Below, one piece after another: positions 21,355-32,231 of a stretch of 64,000 nt of DNA (positions are counted from its first letter, which is position 1; every line of letters starts with the position of its first letter). Origin of the DNA: Naegleria gruberi (taxonomy: Eukaryota); the NCBI GenBank assembly GCA_000004985.1, contig GG738860.1. The stretch is one strand, 5' to 3'. The notes beneath the pieces were generated by a model. The model saw only the letters and a list, made by a program, of their open reading frames with translations, searched no databases and was not told where the DNA came from. The position numbers and the translations under genes are program-made.

Positions 21355-23484
21355 ATGTCTCGTTTATTTCCTCTGGTTTTGTTATTGGTTTTAGCCATTC
21401 AGCAGATTTATTGCTTTAGAATCATACCTCTCACCACTACATCACCATGTACTGAAATGCAAAAGGAAAGAGTCATTCTCTCCACAGATAGCATGATAGC
21501 ATTTTGTGTTAACAAACAAGGCTCTGAGTGTTCCACTATTAAATACCTGAATGGAAGAAAAGTGATGGTACACAGAGACCTCTCCGATTTGTTTCAATTT
21601 CAACTCGATAGGTACAATGAAATTCATCAGGAAACAATTATACCAATAGTGACACTTGTAACCTCAATCTATGTTGATGCCTTCTTTGGTCATCCAGCAC
21701 TTAATTTTGACAGTTTTGTTGTTCCTTTAAGTACACTCCAAGATGTTCTTCTTCGAATGCCCTCTTTGGAGAATAGTGAAAGACTACTTTTGTGGAGTGA
21801 CCTTAATTTCATTGATGAAATGAGCATGCCTATTCAAGTGGGCACTCTCAATGAAACTAGCAAGTTTGCACTAATTGAAGACACAATTTCTACTGAGTAT
21901 TTTGGGCCTCTTCTTGAAAAATCAAAAAGAAAAACCACAATTGGATATAGAACCTTCAATGAGTTGATACTTTCCAATAGATTTGGACTTGGAAAATTAG
22001 ATTTACTGAAACAAACATTTATCAAAAGATTATTCAATGGTTGTGATTTGAAAATTGAGGAAGTGGAAACGAGCAATTTCACAATTATCAAACAATTTGA
22101 ATCTGTGAAGAATCTCAGTATGAACAATTTAATTGACTTGAATGTATTGTATTGCTTTGAAAAGTCAACTCTTTCATTCTATTCATGCAATGACGGTGTA
22201 CCAGGTACAGTGATTGCCTATGAAATTGAGAAACTTCTCCAGATTACATTTGGATGTCTTCAGCTGTTACTATTGGCAGCAACATTTAACACCAAGTCAA
22301 TCAAGCGCAGACTTTTAGTACCTTATTTGATTCCTCTTTGTTTGATTGTGGCTAGTATATTCTTCTCGATTTTCATGCAACAAGTTTCCAATACATTGAG
22401 GTCTATAGTAACCATTGGAATTACTGCTTTTGTAATTGGGATTTATGGTTCCACTCTTGTTAGATTCTACTATTTAAGGTATTTGTATCGATTTCTTAGC
22501 AATTCAACTGATAAGCAAGTGAAAATTCACAGAATTTTGAGTTCTGAATGGTTTGGGGTTTTGGCAACATTAGTATGCGCCATTCTTCATGTACTCTTTT
22601 GGTTGGCAATCCTCATACCCTATGCAGTTGTTAATGTCTACGAAAGCAATGTATTATTTGGAGTGAATGTCATTTACCTACTGCAAGGAATCATTGGATG
22701 CATTTTGGGTATTGTTTTCATGAGTATTGATATTTTTAACAATCGAAAACTAATTAAGGAAAAGGGACTATTACACTTTTTCACATTTGAAGATCCTTAC
22801 TTCTTGAGATTGGACATCATTAGTTTTTTCATTATCCTTACAAGCCTAATTTTGATTATAATTTTCAACTTGATAGGTCAGGAATGGGCAGATTATTGTT
22901 TGGGCATATGTTCATTCATATCTTTTATTTTCATTTACTGTCTTGGAGGAATGACAGCCATCCTGATTGAATGCTGGAAATTCCTCAAAAGAAAGAGGCG
23001 GCCAATAGAATCTACCTCTCAAAAAATTCAAACAGATATTGAACTACATTTAAAGGATCAACACTTTGTTGAACTATTTAAAAGTTTCTGTGAAAAGGAA
23101 TTTTCACTGGAGAACTTTCTCCTTTACGAACACATTTCTCAACTAAGGACGAGTACTCTCTCTTCTTCAGATAATAGAAGCACCAATTCCATGAACTCAT
23201 CCTCACTAGATCGTTACATCTCAGCGGAGCAATTCTATCAGTTGTGGACTTTATTCTTCAAGCCATTAGCCAAGTATGAAGTTAATCTTCCAGGAAAAGT
23301 CAAGAAACAAATCGAAATAATTTACCACTCAAGAGATGGAACCCCACTAGAAACATTTGAGAATATCGTCCTGACCGAATTGTTATTCAATCTCAAAGAT
23401 ACCTATAGTCGACTTGTAGAGACGAGTGAATTTTCGAGATGGCAATTGGTAAATACCATTCAAACTCAACAGAATATCAAATAA
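21355..23484 (+). CDS. Seven-transmembrane receptor-like protein with a C-terminal RGS domain (7TM-RGS)
   Basis: Signal peptide 'MSRLFPLVLLLVLAIQQIYC', then an ectodomain of about 280 aa. Seven hydrophobic helices follow (for example 'LIPLCLIVASIFFSIFM', 'FGVLATLVCAILHVLFWLAILIPY', 'CLGICSFISFIFIYCLGGMTAILIECW'). The C-terminal RGS-box signature is 'FVELFKSFCEKEFSLENFLLYEHISQL'. Confidence 0.7.
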   Translation: MSRLFPLVLLLVLAIQQIYCFRIIPLTTTSPCTEMQKERVILSTDSMIAFCVNKQGSECSTIKYLNGRKVMVHRDLSDLFQFQLDRYNEIHQETIIPIVTLVTSIYVDAFFGHPALNFDSFVVPLSTLQDVLLRMPSLENSERLLLWSDLNFIDEMSMPIQVGTLNETSKFALIEDTISTEYFGPLLEKSKRKTTIGYRTFNELILSNRFGLGKLDLLKQTFIKRLFNGCDLKIEEVETSNFTIIKQFESVKNLSMNNLIDLNVLYCFEKSTLSFYSCNDGVPGTVIAYEIEKLLQITFGCLQLLLLAATFNTKSIKRRLLVPYLIPLCLIVASIFFSIFMQQVSNTLRSIVTIGITAFVIGIYGSTLVRFYYLRYLYRFLSNSTDKQVKIHRILSSEWFGVLATLVCAILHVLFWLAILIPYAVVNVYESNVLFGVNVIYLLQGIIGCILGIVFMSIDIFNNRKLIKEKGLLHFFTFEDPYFLRLDIISFFIILTSLILIIIFNLIGQEWADYCLGICSFISFIFIYCLGGMTAILIECWKFLKRKRRPIESTSQKIQTDIELHLKDQHFVELFKSFCEKEFSLENFLLYEHISQLRTSTLSSSDNRSTNSMNSSSLDRYISAEQFYQLWTLFFKPLAKYEVNLPGKVKKQIEIIYHSRDGTPLETFENIVLTELLFNLKDTYSRLVETSEFSRWQLVNTIQTQQNIK

Positions 23485-23572
23485 AATGTCCTTATTACTC
23501 CTATCCCAACACTCCATCATGAATTTTCACACAAACTTTCACACTGTTAAATAAAATTCCATTACAAAAAAA

Positions 23573-24700
23573 ATGAGCGATAAAGAATCCACACCAAGTC
23601 CATCACCATTATCATCAAATAATTCTCCACCTGTTGCCACAACAACTACCACAACAACAACATTACCAAGTGGTCCTAAACAAGATAATACCAAGAGTTT
23701 TCTTGTCCAATCATCACCACTTGTTTCCTTCATATCGGGAGCAGTTTATGGATGTACCTCCATTGCTGTAGGACAACCTCTCGATACAATTAAAACACTC
23801 ATGCAATCTAGTGCTACTATTAATCAAAATAATGCAACAACATTGGGTGTGATTAAATCAATTTATAAGAAGAATGGTTTTATGGGATTTTATCGTGGAT
23901 CTCTTCCACCTTTGTTTACTGCTTCAGTGTTGAGAAGTTTGCAATTTGGTGGATATGCAATGGCATTACAATATATTATGGAAAATAATGTGTTTTCTGA
24001 TAAGGATTTCAGAAAGGAAAATTTACATGTTTTGGAGGAGAAACCATTTAGTTTGCATCCTGAAATGTTTGCTGCTGGCTGTTTTGGAGGTGCTGCTAGA
24101 GCCATTGTTGGTATGTTTCAATTTTCATGGTCATGTGTTTATTAATAATATTCGAATTATTTCCAAAACATTTTAATAGAAACCCCTGTCGAATATATGA
24201 AAGTCAGATTCCAAACTGAACAACCTTGGAAATTTACTGAATTATATCGTGGATTTACTGCAACACTGTTACGTAACATGTTCCTTTTGGGCAGTTTCTT
24301 TGTTTTTGTTGACTTTTTCACTCAAGAATATAGAAATTTACAAGTGAGACAACATTTGAAATCTCTTGCATCTGATGAAGAAAGAGAAAAGAGCAGAGGT
24401 CAATATTTCGATTTTGCAAAATTGAGTCCATTCTTTACAGGTGGTGTTTGTGCAACTTTGGCTTGGTGGTTAGTTTTCCCATTGGATGTTATTAAGAGTC
24501 AAATTCAAGCTATGAAACCTGATGAACAATTGGGCCTTATGCAAAGAATGAAACATGTTTCAAACACTTTGGGCTTCAGAGGATTTTTCAGAGGAATTGT
24601 ACCTGCTAGTGCTAGATCCATGTTGGCAAATGGTGTTTCAATGATTGCCTTTGCTTATGTTTCATCTCATCTCATTCAAAAATTGGAAAAGAAGGAATAA
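23573..24700 (+). CDS. Mitochondrial carrier family (SLC25) protein, 2 exons
   Basis: The exons are about 23573-24110 and 24180-24700, with a GTATGT donor, a ttttaatag acceptor and consistent phase 1. It contains carrier motifs 'GQPLDTIKTLMQ' and 'FPLDVIKSQIQ'. The exon junction falls in 'AIVG|ETPVEYMKVRFQ'. Confidence 0.8.
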
Positions 24701-24737
24701 ATTTATTCCCAATAAGTCATAAAAGAATGAATTGAAA

Positions 24738-27700
24738 TTACTGTTTGAGTTTCTTTTGAGCTGGCTGTTGTTCAAGTGTTTGCTGACAAGTACTGGAAGA
24801 ACGTTTTGTAATCTTTTGCCATTTTCTTGAAACATGATCCATGCAAAAGTATATTGTTACAATTTCATCATTGAGCTCTTCTGAGTGAATTACATATTGT
24901 TCCTGGCAGTTTCGATTTTCTCCCATGAAAAATGTAAATATCTGTTTTCTTGTTTCCTGTGTGATTTGATTGCATCCCCTTAATAAATTATCCAGATAGT
25001 TGTTGACACGAGAATAATTTTCAGTATAATCATTTGTTAATACCAATTGAGGAGGTTGATAGGTTGAAAGTGAGGCTTGTTGTAAAGTTATTTGTTGCTG
25101 AAGTGAGTTAAGATATTTCAATACCTTTTGAACGTGAGATAAATTCTTCTTTAGTTCATTTTGAGGAGAGCTAATCTTGGTGATGGTTATTTTTCTATAT
25201 TCCTTTCTAATATCAAGGAAAGAAGGGTTACAGAGCTTTTCAATATTCGAAATAACATGATCTCTCTGACCTTGTGTGTTTCTCATTTCAAAAGTTACTC
25301 TATTGGGATCTAACAAGTAGGTTCTCACAGACTCACAGGTGCTACACGGACTAGAACCGACAAACATTCCAGAATTCCTACAATTTGATTTTAAAGGTTC
25401 TATTTTCCAACTCCATGGCAACTGTTGGATATTTTGAATGTGAGTCGATACTATTCCTAATGCACCAGTTATGAGTAATGATAAAGAAGACCCATTCAAT
25501 AGAGAAGCTCTAAAATTACTAGTTTCCAACCATTTAAGTAGTGGAATGAGCACAGATTCCACTCTATCAAATGTGTCGCATCTATTCAATATACTTGAGA
25601 CTATTATGTTAAAATTATCAGGAATACACTCTCTACAAAACATGTATATAAATGAAATGCACATATTTGATGTTAGCTGTGGTTGAGAGGTAAATTCCAT
25701 CCAAATTGAATTTCTCAAAATATCATATGCATATTTGCATTCCTCATTTGTGAAATTGTTTTCACAATAGGTTGCAATGACCATAGCTTGCTCATAAAAC
25801 TTGTTGGTGAGCTCAGGAAGGCACACTTGCATCTTTTCTTGTAATAATTGCTTATTCACTTTTGAGGAGTTCTCAAAGAATATTCCATAACAATTAGTAA
25901 AACACGAAATATTATCCAATAATGATAGTAAAACATCTTCCAAATGTAGAGTATTGTGCAGTGAACAATAAGGAAGTAATAATTGAAAAACTGTCGCATC
26001 TGCCCTTTTCAAAATTGCTGAAATGGCATTTTCTGTGAATGGCATTTGTCTTTCAATCATGTATCTCAAAATGGTGTGAAGATAAGTATTAGGGAGGTGT
26101 TGAGTGGCCAATCTTTCAAAAATCTTATCAAAGAACTCTTTGATAAAAACATTTCCATTAACATCCTTGGAGAATTCATTGATAACAAACTGAACGTGGT
26201 CTATTCTGTCCTGTATTGTAGACTGGAACGCTTTTTGGACGAACTTTTCAATAAATTGATCCTTCAATTGGTTCATTGGGAAGATTCCAACAATGGCACT
26301 CCAACCAAAATCAGATAAACTTGGATGAGCATCAAGATAACATTTCAAAACCTCATAATTTCGAAGTTGAATTATATTCCTAACCATTAAATCTTCTGAA
26401 AGCTTATTTGCACATTTAGGTATAAATTGCAAAAGTTGAGTGAGTGCATTAGGTTTCAGACTTGTTGCTTCCATAAATAATTGTTGGCAAATGTAATCCA
26501 CATCCTGGGTGTGAGCGTAATTGTTGAAGAGGGATGTAGCAAACCTCCTAGAAACAATAACTATGCATCCGTTTCTATACCACTTATCTAAATTGGTTCC
26601 CTCATTACCTGTGTGCTCAATTCGAGAATTTGCAAAGTGTTGATCCTCGAGTCTTTCGTATGGAATTATATTAGAAAGCATCATATTTGATGGCAAACTG
26701 GAAAATGAAGACCCACTAGTTGTTTTCACATTTTTCAAGTTATATCGAACAGTTGGTTCACATATTAGATCACTTCTGACCTCTATTTCTGTCTCAGAAT
26801 CAGAACCACAATCATCACCATCTCCATAATAATCATAGTGATCTCCATCCAATTGTCCACTAACTTCTTTTTCAAATATTCCAATAAATAAATGGAATAA
26901 TAAATGTTCTTGATTGAGTTCAGATAAGAATGTGTACAGCATTTGATCTTTCCCTTTCAGATTCGAAGCTGATAAACCTTCCATAGTATATTTGTGTTCT
27001 AGTAACCAAACAATGAAGGGAGGTTCGGTTTTTTCCCATCTTTCAGATAGGTTTATGAATGATTTCTCCAATTTACTCCTCATATTAAATGAGGGGATGG
27101 AATCCAAAGCCCCATTATAACAAACATTATAAATTAGACATAATCTGTATCCACTCGAAACTCTATTCACCTTATGTTCACAATCACAGAAAAATCCAGT
27201 GTATGAAACCTTATAACTTGAATTCTTTGAAAAATCATAGATTTTTTCATTCCCAGAATGTTTTACAATTAGCTCTCCACCAGAATACACTGAAGGAAGA
27301 TGAATTACCAAAGTTGCAAACATACCACTCTCCTTCTCTGTATCTCTGTGATAATCAAAGTGTCCATCAGTTTCATAGAGAAGCAGTTTGTAAAGACTAT
27401 GAGTAATTCGTTTGTGTTTTGGAATACCAAGTCCATTTCGTAACTCATTTTCAACAATATTTCCCACAAAACCATTCCATTTAGGATTAGAAATAATGAA
27501 TTGGGATGGCTCAAGTTGCCAACTTTTTCTCACAGTTTCATCAATAAGTGTCAGCTCTCCCTTCCCATAAGGTGCCTTTGATGCCACTGAAATGATGTCT
27601 TGAGCTTGATTTAAATTAGTAATAGGGAGAGAGCAATGTTTCAATTCAACAGTTGCTCCACTTTCATTGGATGGTACACAAATTTGTAATCCAGGAAGTC

Positions 27701-28154
27701 CTGGAATATTCTCAACTTCGCCTCCACATGAAAATTCTCCAACACATACATCTGTTTCTGAGCTAGTCAATAAATCAGCCATTTCCTTTGTTGTTTCTGA
27801 ATATCCAATAACCAACTCATCAGGAAGTATCAATGAGTGGCGTTGATATGGTATCGTGAACATAATTGGACTTGTGGGTTTAGGCCTATGAGAATTATCA
27901 AACACAAATGATGACTCAAAAGATTCAGACATTATATTCGGAAGAGGAAATTCCATTGGTTTGAGGGTAATCAGGTTGAAGGTGTTCGTAGATGATGACC
28001 CCTGACTATTATGACTAATTAAATTGTTCAATAATTGTGATGTTGAGAGAATGTCATTGGTACTACTACCAATAGTACTACTAATACCATCACCAGAATT
28101 AATGGTAGTTATATTAGGAGTAGTGGTATTTCCGAGTAGGTTATTAAATTGCAT
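24738..28154 (-). CDS. Large (1138 aa) protein with a 2OG-Fe(II) oxygenase-like core and an unknown helical C-terminal region
   Basis: Residues around 250-300 are 'LLLYETDGHFDYHRDTEKESGMFATLVIHLPSVYSGGELIV'. This fits the H-x-D...H plus 'GGEL' pattern of prolyl-hydroxylase-type dioxygenases. The remaining roughly 750 aa have no recognisable domain. It is a single exon. Confidence 0.5.
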   Translation of the reverse strand: MQFNNLLGNTTTPNITTINSGDGISSTIGSSTNDILSTSQLLNNLISHNSQGSSSTNTFNLITLKPMEFPLPNIMSESFESSFVFDNSHRPKPTSPIMFTIPYQRHSLILPDELVIGYSETTKEMADLLTSSETDVCVGEFSCGGEVENIPGLPGLQICVPSNESGATVELKHCSLPITNLNQAQDIISVASKAPYGKGELTLIDETVRKSWQLEPSQFIISNPKWNGFVGNIVENELRNGLGIPKHKRITHSLYKLLLYETDGHFDYHRDTEKESGMFATLVIHLPSVYSGGELIVKHSGNEKIYDFSKNSSYKVSYTGFFCDCEHKVNRVSSGYRLCLIYNVCYNGALDSIPSFNMRSKLEKSFINLSERWEKTEPPFIVWLLEHKYTMEGLSASNLKGKDQMLYTFLSELNQEHLLFHLFIGIFEKEVSGQLDGDHYDYYGDGDDCGSDSETEIEVRSDLICEPTVRYNLKNVKTTSGSSFSSLPSNMMLSNIIPYERLEDQHFANSRIEHTGNEGTNLDKWYRNGCIVIVSRRFATSLFNNYAHTQDVDYICQQLFMEATSLKPNALTQLLQFIPKCANKLSEDLMVRNIIQLRNYEVLKCYLDAHPSLSDFGWSAIVGIFPMNQLKDQFIEKFVQKAFQSTIQDRIDHVQFVINEFSKDVNGNVFIKEFFDKIFERLATQHLPNTYLHTILRYMIERQMPFTENAISAILKRADATVFQLLLPYCSLHNTLHLEDVLLSLLDNISCFTNCYGIFFENSSKVNKQLLQEKMQVCLPELTNKFYEQAMVIATYCENNFTNEECKYAYDILRNSIWMEFTSQPQLTSNMCISFIYMFCRECIPDNFNIIVSSILNRCDTFDRVESVLIPLLKWLETSNFRASLLNGSSLSLLITGALGIVSTHIQNIQQLPWSWKIEPLKSNCRNSGMFVGSSPCSTCESVRTYLLDPNRVTFEMRNTQGQRDHVISNIEKLCNPSFLDIRKEYRKITITKISSPQNELKKNLSHVQKVLKYLNSLQQQITLQQASLSTYQPPQLVLTNDYTENYSRVNNYLDNLLRGCNQITQETRKQIFTFFMGENRNCQEQYVIHSEELNDEIVTIYFCMDHVSRKWQKITKRSSSTCQQTLEQQPAQKKLKQ

Positions 28155-28537
28155 AATTAATAATTAAATTATTAAATAATATTAAATCATTGGATTATGT
28201 TCTAATTTCGGAACAGTTTTTCAAATTAATTGTGTTTATAAATCATCCAATTATAATTTATTCCTCAAGAGTTTTGCTCACACCAAGAGAGAGTGCAAAC
28301 AAGAGCTATTAGTTGAATTTTTTTTGTCAAAACTATTCCACCAAATATTCGAATTTGCAAATGAAAGCCCATTTACTTCTAAAACGAGAAAAATTATGTG
28401 TGCTATCTCATCATCCCATACAGTACTTTCCCAAAATAACAACTTTCCAAATTTAATCAATTTTTAAAAAATCAAAAAAAAACTCCTCAATATAAATTCA
28501 AATCATCTCACACACAAGTGAAAAACTCTAAAGAAAA

Positions 28538-29290
28538 ATGGCCTGGAGATGTTCTGGACAAAGTAATGCCGAACTGATTGCCAATCTGTTTAAATCCAAT
28601 ATCATTTCAAGTAATAGTGTCTCGAGGGCAATGTCTCGTACCGATCGTGCACTGTTTTGCAGGAGTGATCATCGAGATTATGCCTACTTGGATCAACCTC
28701 TTCCGATCGGAAATGATGTGACAATATCTGCTCCTCATATGCATGCCTATTGTTTGGAATTGTTGGAAGATCATTTGAAACCAGGAAATAGAGCAATGGA
28801 TGTTGGAAGTGGTAGTGGCTATCTTGTTGCTACTATGGCTGAAATGATGGCTCCACAAGTTGAACATGTGGTTGAAGGAACTAAAATTGTTGGCATTGAA
28901 TATTTGCAATCAATCTATTTATTTGGAAAGGAAAATATTGAAAAGGTTTGTTTGGTAATTATTTTGAATTTTGTAAATTAATTTTGAAAACAGTATCAAA
29001 AAACAAAGGATTTAATGAATCAAGGTATTATTGAAATGATTAAAGGAGATGGATGGAAAGGCTATGCTCAAGGAGGTCCATATCATGCTATTCATGTTGG
29101 AGCAGCTGCATCCACACTTCCTCATGCACTTGTTGAGCAATTGGCAAATGGTGGCAGATTGATCATTCCTGTTGGTGATATAGATCAACACTTGATGGTA
29201 ATTGATAAGGATATCAATGGCAAAGTCACCCAAAAGAAAGTAATGGGAGTGAGATATGTTCCTCTTGTCAACCCAACAAATTGTAAATAA
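28538..29290 (+). CDS. PCMT1: Protein-L-isoaspartate(D-aspartate) O-methyltransferase, 2 exons
   Basis: The exons are about 28538-28945 and 28994-29290 (GTTTGT donor, aacag acceptor). Motifs include 'ISAPHMHAYCLELL', 'RAMDVGSGSGYLVATMA', 'GDGWKGYAQGGPYHAIHVGAAA' and 'LANGGRLIIPVG'. Confidence 0.85.
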
Positions 29291-29339
29291 TTGTAAAATA
29301 TTTGTACAAAATTAAAATAATTTATAATAAATTAAAGTG

Positions 29340-31556
29340 TTATCTTCTTGGTGTTAAATCACTTAGAGCACGAGCAACAAGTGAATTTCTATTTTTACCA
29401 TAAAGAGGATGGTTTTTCATGAGTAGTAATTGTTCCAAACGTTTCACTATCGTTTCAGCCTCTATGGTTGTCCTAGCTTCATAAAATAGGTTCTCATCAT
29501 CGAATGACAAAACAAAACACTTTGGATTAGTTGAATCACATTCAATTGAACGTAAAGTGGTAATTGGTCTTGTTGGGTGTTTTGTTTTAGATGAATTCAT
29601 CCAACGAGAAGTATTGGCTGGCTTTGAATTATAAATAAATTCTGAATCAAAACTGAGAATTCTCTCTTGTCTGACTCCAAACTTATTTGTCTTGGTAACA
29701 TGGAAAACGTTATCAGTATTATCATAAGTCATGAATGGAAGGGCGTATATTTGTTTTGAAGGTGACCCAATCATATTGGGAGCGGTTGGAGATCCAGATA
29801 TTTCACCTTTAGGTGTTGATTGATCTGTATCAGACTCGTATGCTGCTGTTCTTACAAGAACAACTCTTTCAATCATTGATCCTAAAGAATAAAGTGTCTT
29901 GTCTTTGTAATTTTTGCTAATTTCTTTCAGATTCTTGTCTTTTCCAATAGTATTGATCATGTATTTTTTAGGATCCAAAGAAAAACGTTGACAAAGTACT
30001 TTCTGTAAATCTTTGAGTAATAATTCTGGAGATACTGGAACAAGTTTGAAATAAGTGAGTTGGTAATTTCTGGAATTAATTGGGGATGTGAATGAATTGG
30101 TATTTGGAATGATGGTTGGTGTAGAACATGAATTTTTTGGTGGTGGAAGGAAAACTTGAAGTCTAATATCTTCTAAATTGAATTTTGTAAAAACTTCATC
30201 TCCTCCAAACTTGATATTTAACTCTCTCCTATTTTTAAGATTGGAAGATGAATCATCTTCAGCTCCACTATTTCCACTGGACATTGGTTGAAAATTCCTA
30301 TCAAGTACAAGTGTTAATTTTACATTACCCAACTGTTCAATCATTGTCTTTTCCTTGTTGAGTGGAGGCCAACTTGTATCAGGTTGACCATCTTCTTCTG
30401 CAACTCGTAATTGATAAGCTCTATCGTCAATAGCAATAGGTTCTAGATCAGTTTCTCTTTTATACAGTTCCAGTGCTTTACGAATCAAATCTGTGGCAGT
30501 AAAGTTTAGAGATGTCATTGAACTCACAGTTGGAATGGGCACATTAACTTTGTGAACACCTCCTCGTTTGTGTGGCACAAATGTAGCAATATATCGAACA
30601 GATTGATTTGCTTGTTTAAAATTACTTGAATTATCATGTAAAAGACTACCTCCAATAGCAGGATTTCTTCTTGGTCTCAAATCCATCGACAAGGATGAAT
30701 CTACTGTCGTTTTTGTTGGTATCATCTTGTTAACACCACCAAGTGTAACTTTTTGAAAGATGGAATCTTGTACAGGTGGGTTGACTGGTTGTTGATTTGA
30801 AGAAGTATTTGATTGTTCTACCTGTCTTGTATCTTGCTCGGGTGTTATTGGATTATTTTCCTCTTCACTAACACCATCATCACCTTGATCTCCATTATTT
30901 CTTCTTGGTGTTGTTGTGCCATTGCGAGGAGTTGTTGCTCCTCTTGGTGTTGTTACATTGCCTCGAGGAGTTGTGTTACTTGATGAATTCATTGCTGGCA
31001 TGTTTTGAAGAGGAAGTTGGAGATTAAATTTACCAGGTGATGCAACACCATTCTGTTTTTGTTGTTGTTCTACATGTCTTTTGTGTTCAATAAATAATAA
31101 TTCATAATCTTTTAGATCAAAAGTATCGGGTGGTGTAAATGATGTTGATAATCCTGTATTTCTATTATATCCTCCTTGTTGTTGGGCGCCATATGGATCA
31201 TGATCTGCTCCTGTTGTTGTACTGGAGAAACTTCTTGTTCGAAAGTGTCCAGGATTATTTGAAGATGCTGATCGTTGAATGAGAGGTTGATTGGCTCCAT
31301 TTGTATTGGTTCTTACGAGAGGAAATTGTGCTCCATTTCTTGGTGGTGGTTGAGGAGGTTGAAAAGATGGATTTGTTGTTGTTGATGTAGATTGTATTTT
31401 GAAGGAAGAACTCGTTGATTTTAAAGTACTATTCATCAAACTGTTACCATTACTCACTCCACCCGAAGAGTTATTGTTCAGTAACATTTGATCGTGTATT
31501 CGAGGAAGTGTTGTCCTCTTTGTCTCCTTGAAGTTTGGCTTTTTAAAGTGGAGCAT
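29340..31556 (-). CDS. SIN1/Avo1 homolog (TORC2 subunit) with CRIM, Ras-binding-like and PH-like regions
   Basis: 'YQLRVAEEDGQPDTSWPPLNKEKTMIEQLGNVKLTLVLD' matches the SIN1 CRIM core ('[36 protein letters not shown]'). Downstream there is a ubiquitin-like RBD-type segment. The C-terminal PH-like fold is 'PKCFVLSF..ENLFYEARTTIEAETIVKRLEQLL'. The N-terminus is long and Ser/Thr/Pro-rich. Confidence 0.65.
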   Translation of the reverse strand: MLHFKKPNFKETKRTTLPRIHDQMLLNNNSSGGVSNGNSLMNSTLKSTSSSFKIQSTSTTTNPSFQPPQPPPRNGAQFPLVRTNTNGANQPLIQRSASSNNPGHFRTRSFSSTTTGADHDPYGAQQQGGYNRNTGLSTSFTPPDTFDLKDYELLFIEHKRHVEQQQKQNGVASPGKFNLQLPLQNMPAMNSSSNTTPRGNVTTPRGATTPRNGTTTPRRNNGDQGDDGVSEEENNPITPEQDTRQVEQSNTSSNQQPVNPPVQDSIFQKVTLGGVNKMIPTKTTVDSSLSMDLRPRRNPAIGGSLLHDNSSNFKQANQSVRYIATFVPHKRGGVHKVNVPIPTVSSMTSLNFTATDLIRKALELYKRETDLEPIAIDDRAYQLRVAEEDGQPDTSWPPLNKEKTMIEQLGNVKLTLVLDRNFQPMSSGNSGAEDDSSSNLKNRRELNIKFGGDEVFTKFNLEDIRLQVFLPPPKNSCSTPTIIPNTNSFTSPINSRNYQLTYFKLVPVSPELLLKDLQKVLCQRFSLDPKKYMINTIGKDKNLKEISKNYKDKTLYSLGSMIERVVLVRTAAYESDTDQSTPKGEISGSPTAPNMIGSPSKQIYALPFMTYDNTDNVFHVTKTNKFGVRQERILSFDSEFIYNSKPANTSRWMNSSKTKHPTRPITTLRSIECDSTNPKCFVLSFDDENLFYEARTTIEAETIVKRLEQLLLMKNHPLYGKNRNSLVARALSDLTPRR

Positions 31557-32231
31557 TTTATTCAGAATGTTGCTGTGATGGGATGAGAAGATTGAAGTAG
31601 TTTATTGCTGATGGAGGAAATGTTCGTCTCCTCTTGTTCTTTGCAATGATGAAGGAAATAAAATGGAAAGGTTGTAGACGTTGTTGTTGTGGCGAGAAGA
31701 TGTTATTATTATCTCTCTACAGAGTCTATTTTTTAATTATTAATAATTGTTTTAAATAATACTTTTCAATTGTCTGGAACTTGTGATTGATTTTTCTAAA
31801 TTGAAGACAACGACTAGTTACATGTCGATACTACTTTTGATGAAGAGATGCTTATTCTTTGAGTTTGGAACTTTGTTTCTTTTGTAGATTAGTTGACAAA
31901 TAGGGGAGTAGAGATACTTGATAATAGGTAAGGAAAGTTAATAGGTAAATTCAATACAATAATCGACCAAAACGAAAGCAATGCTTGATATTCCAAATTA
32001 AAATATTTTGATAAGGTGCTCAACTTAATGAACTACTTCATTCAATAAAACTCAACTGTGCAAGCAAAATTCAAATAATGACTTTTAGGTGTGCACTTTA
32101 TTCAAAAGTACAATTTCTATTCAATAATATAGTATTTGTAATGGTATTACAAAATATAAATCAAATTGAATCAAATTGGAGTTATTGCATAATGTTAATT
32201 TACAAATTCTTAGAATTATTTACAAGGAAAA

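Noticed and set aside
23539-23733. Minus-strand 64-aa ORF with a poly-Val run overlapping the 5' end of the mitochondrial carrier gene
   Set aside because: This is an antisense translation of the Thr-rich (ACN repeat) N-terminal region of the carrier protein.
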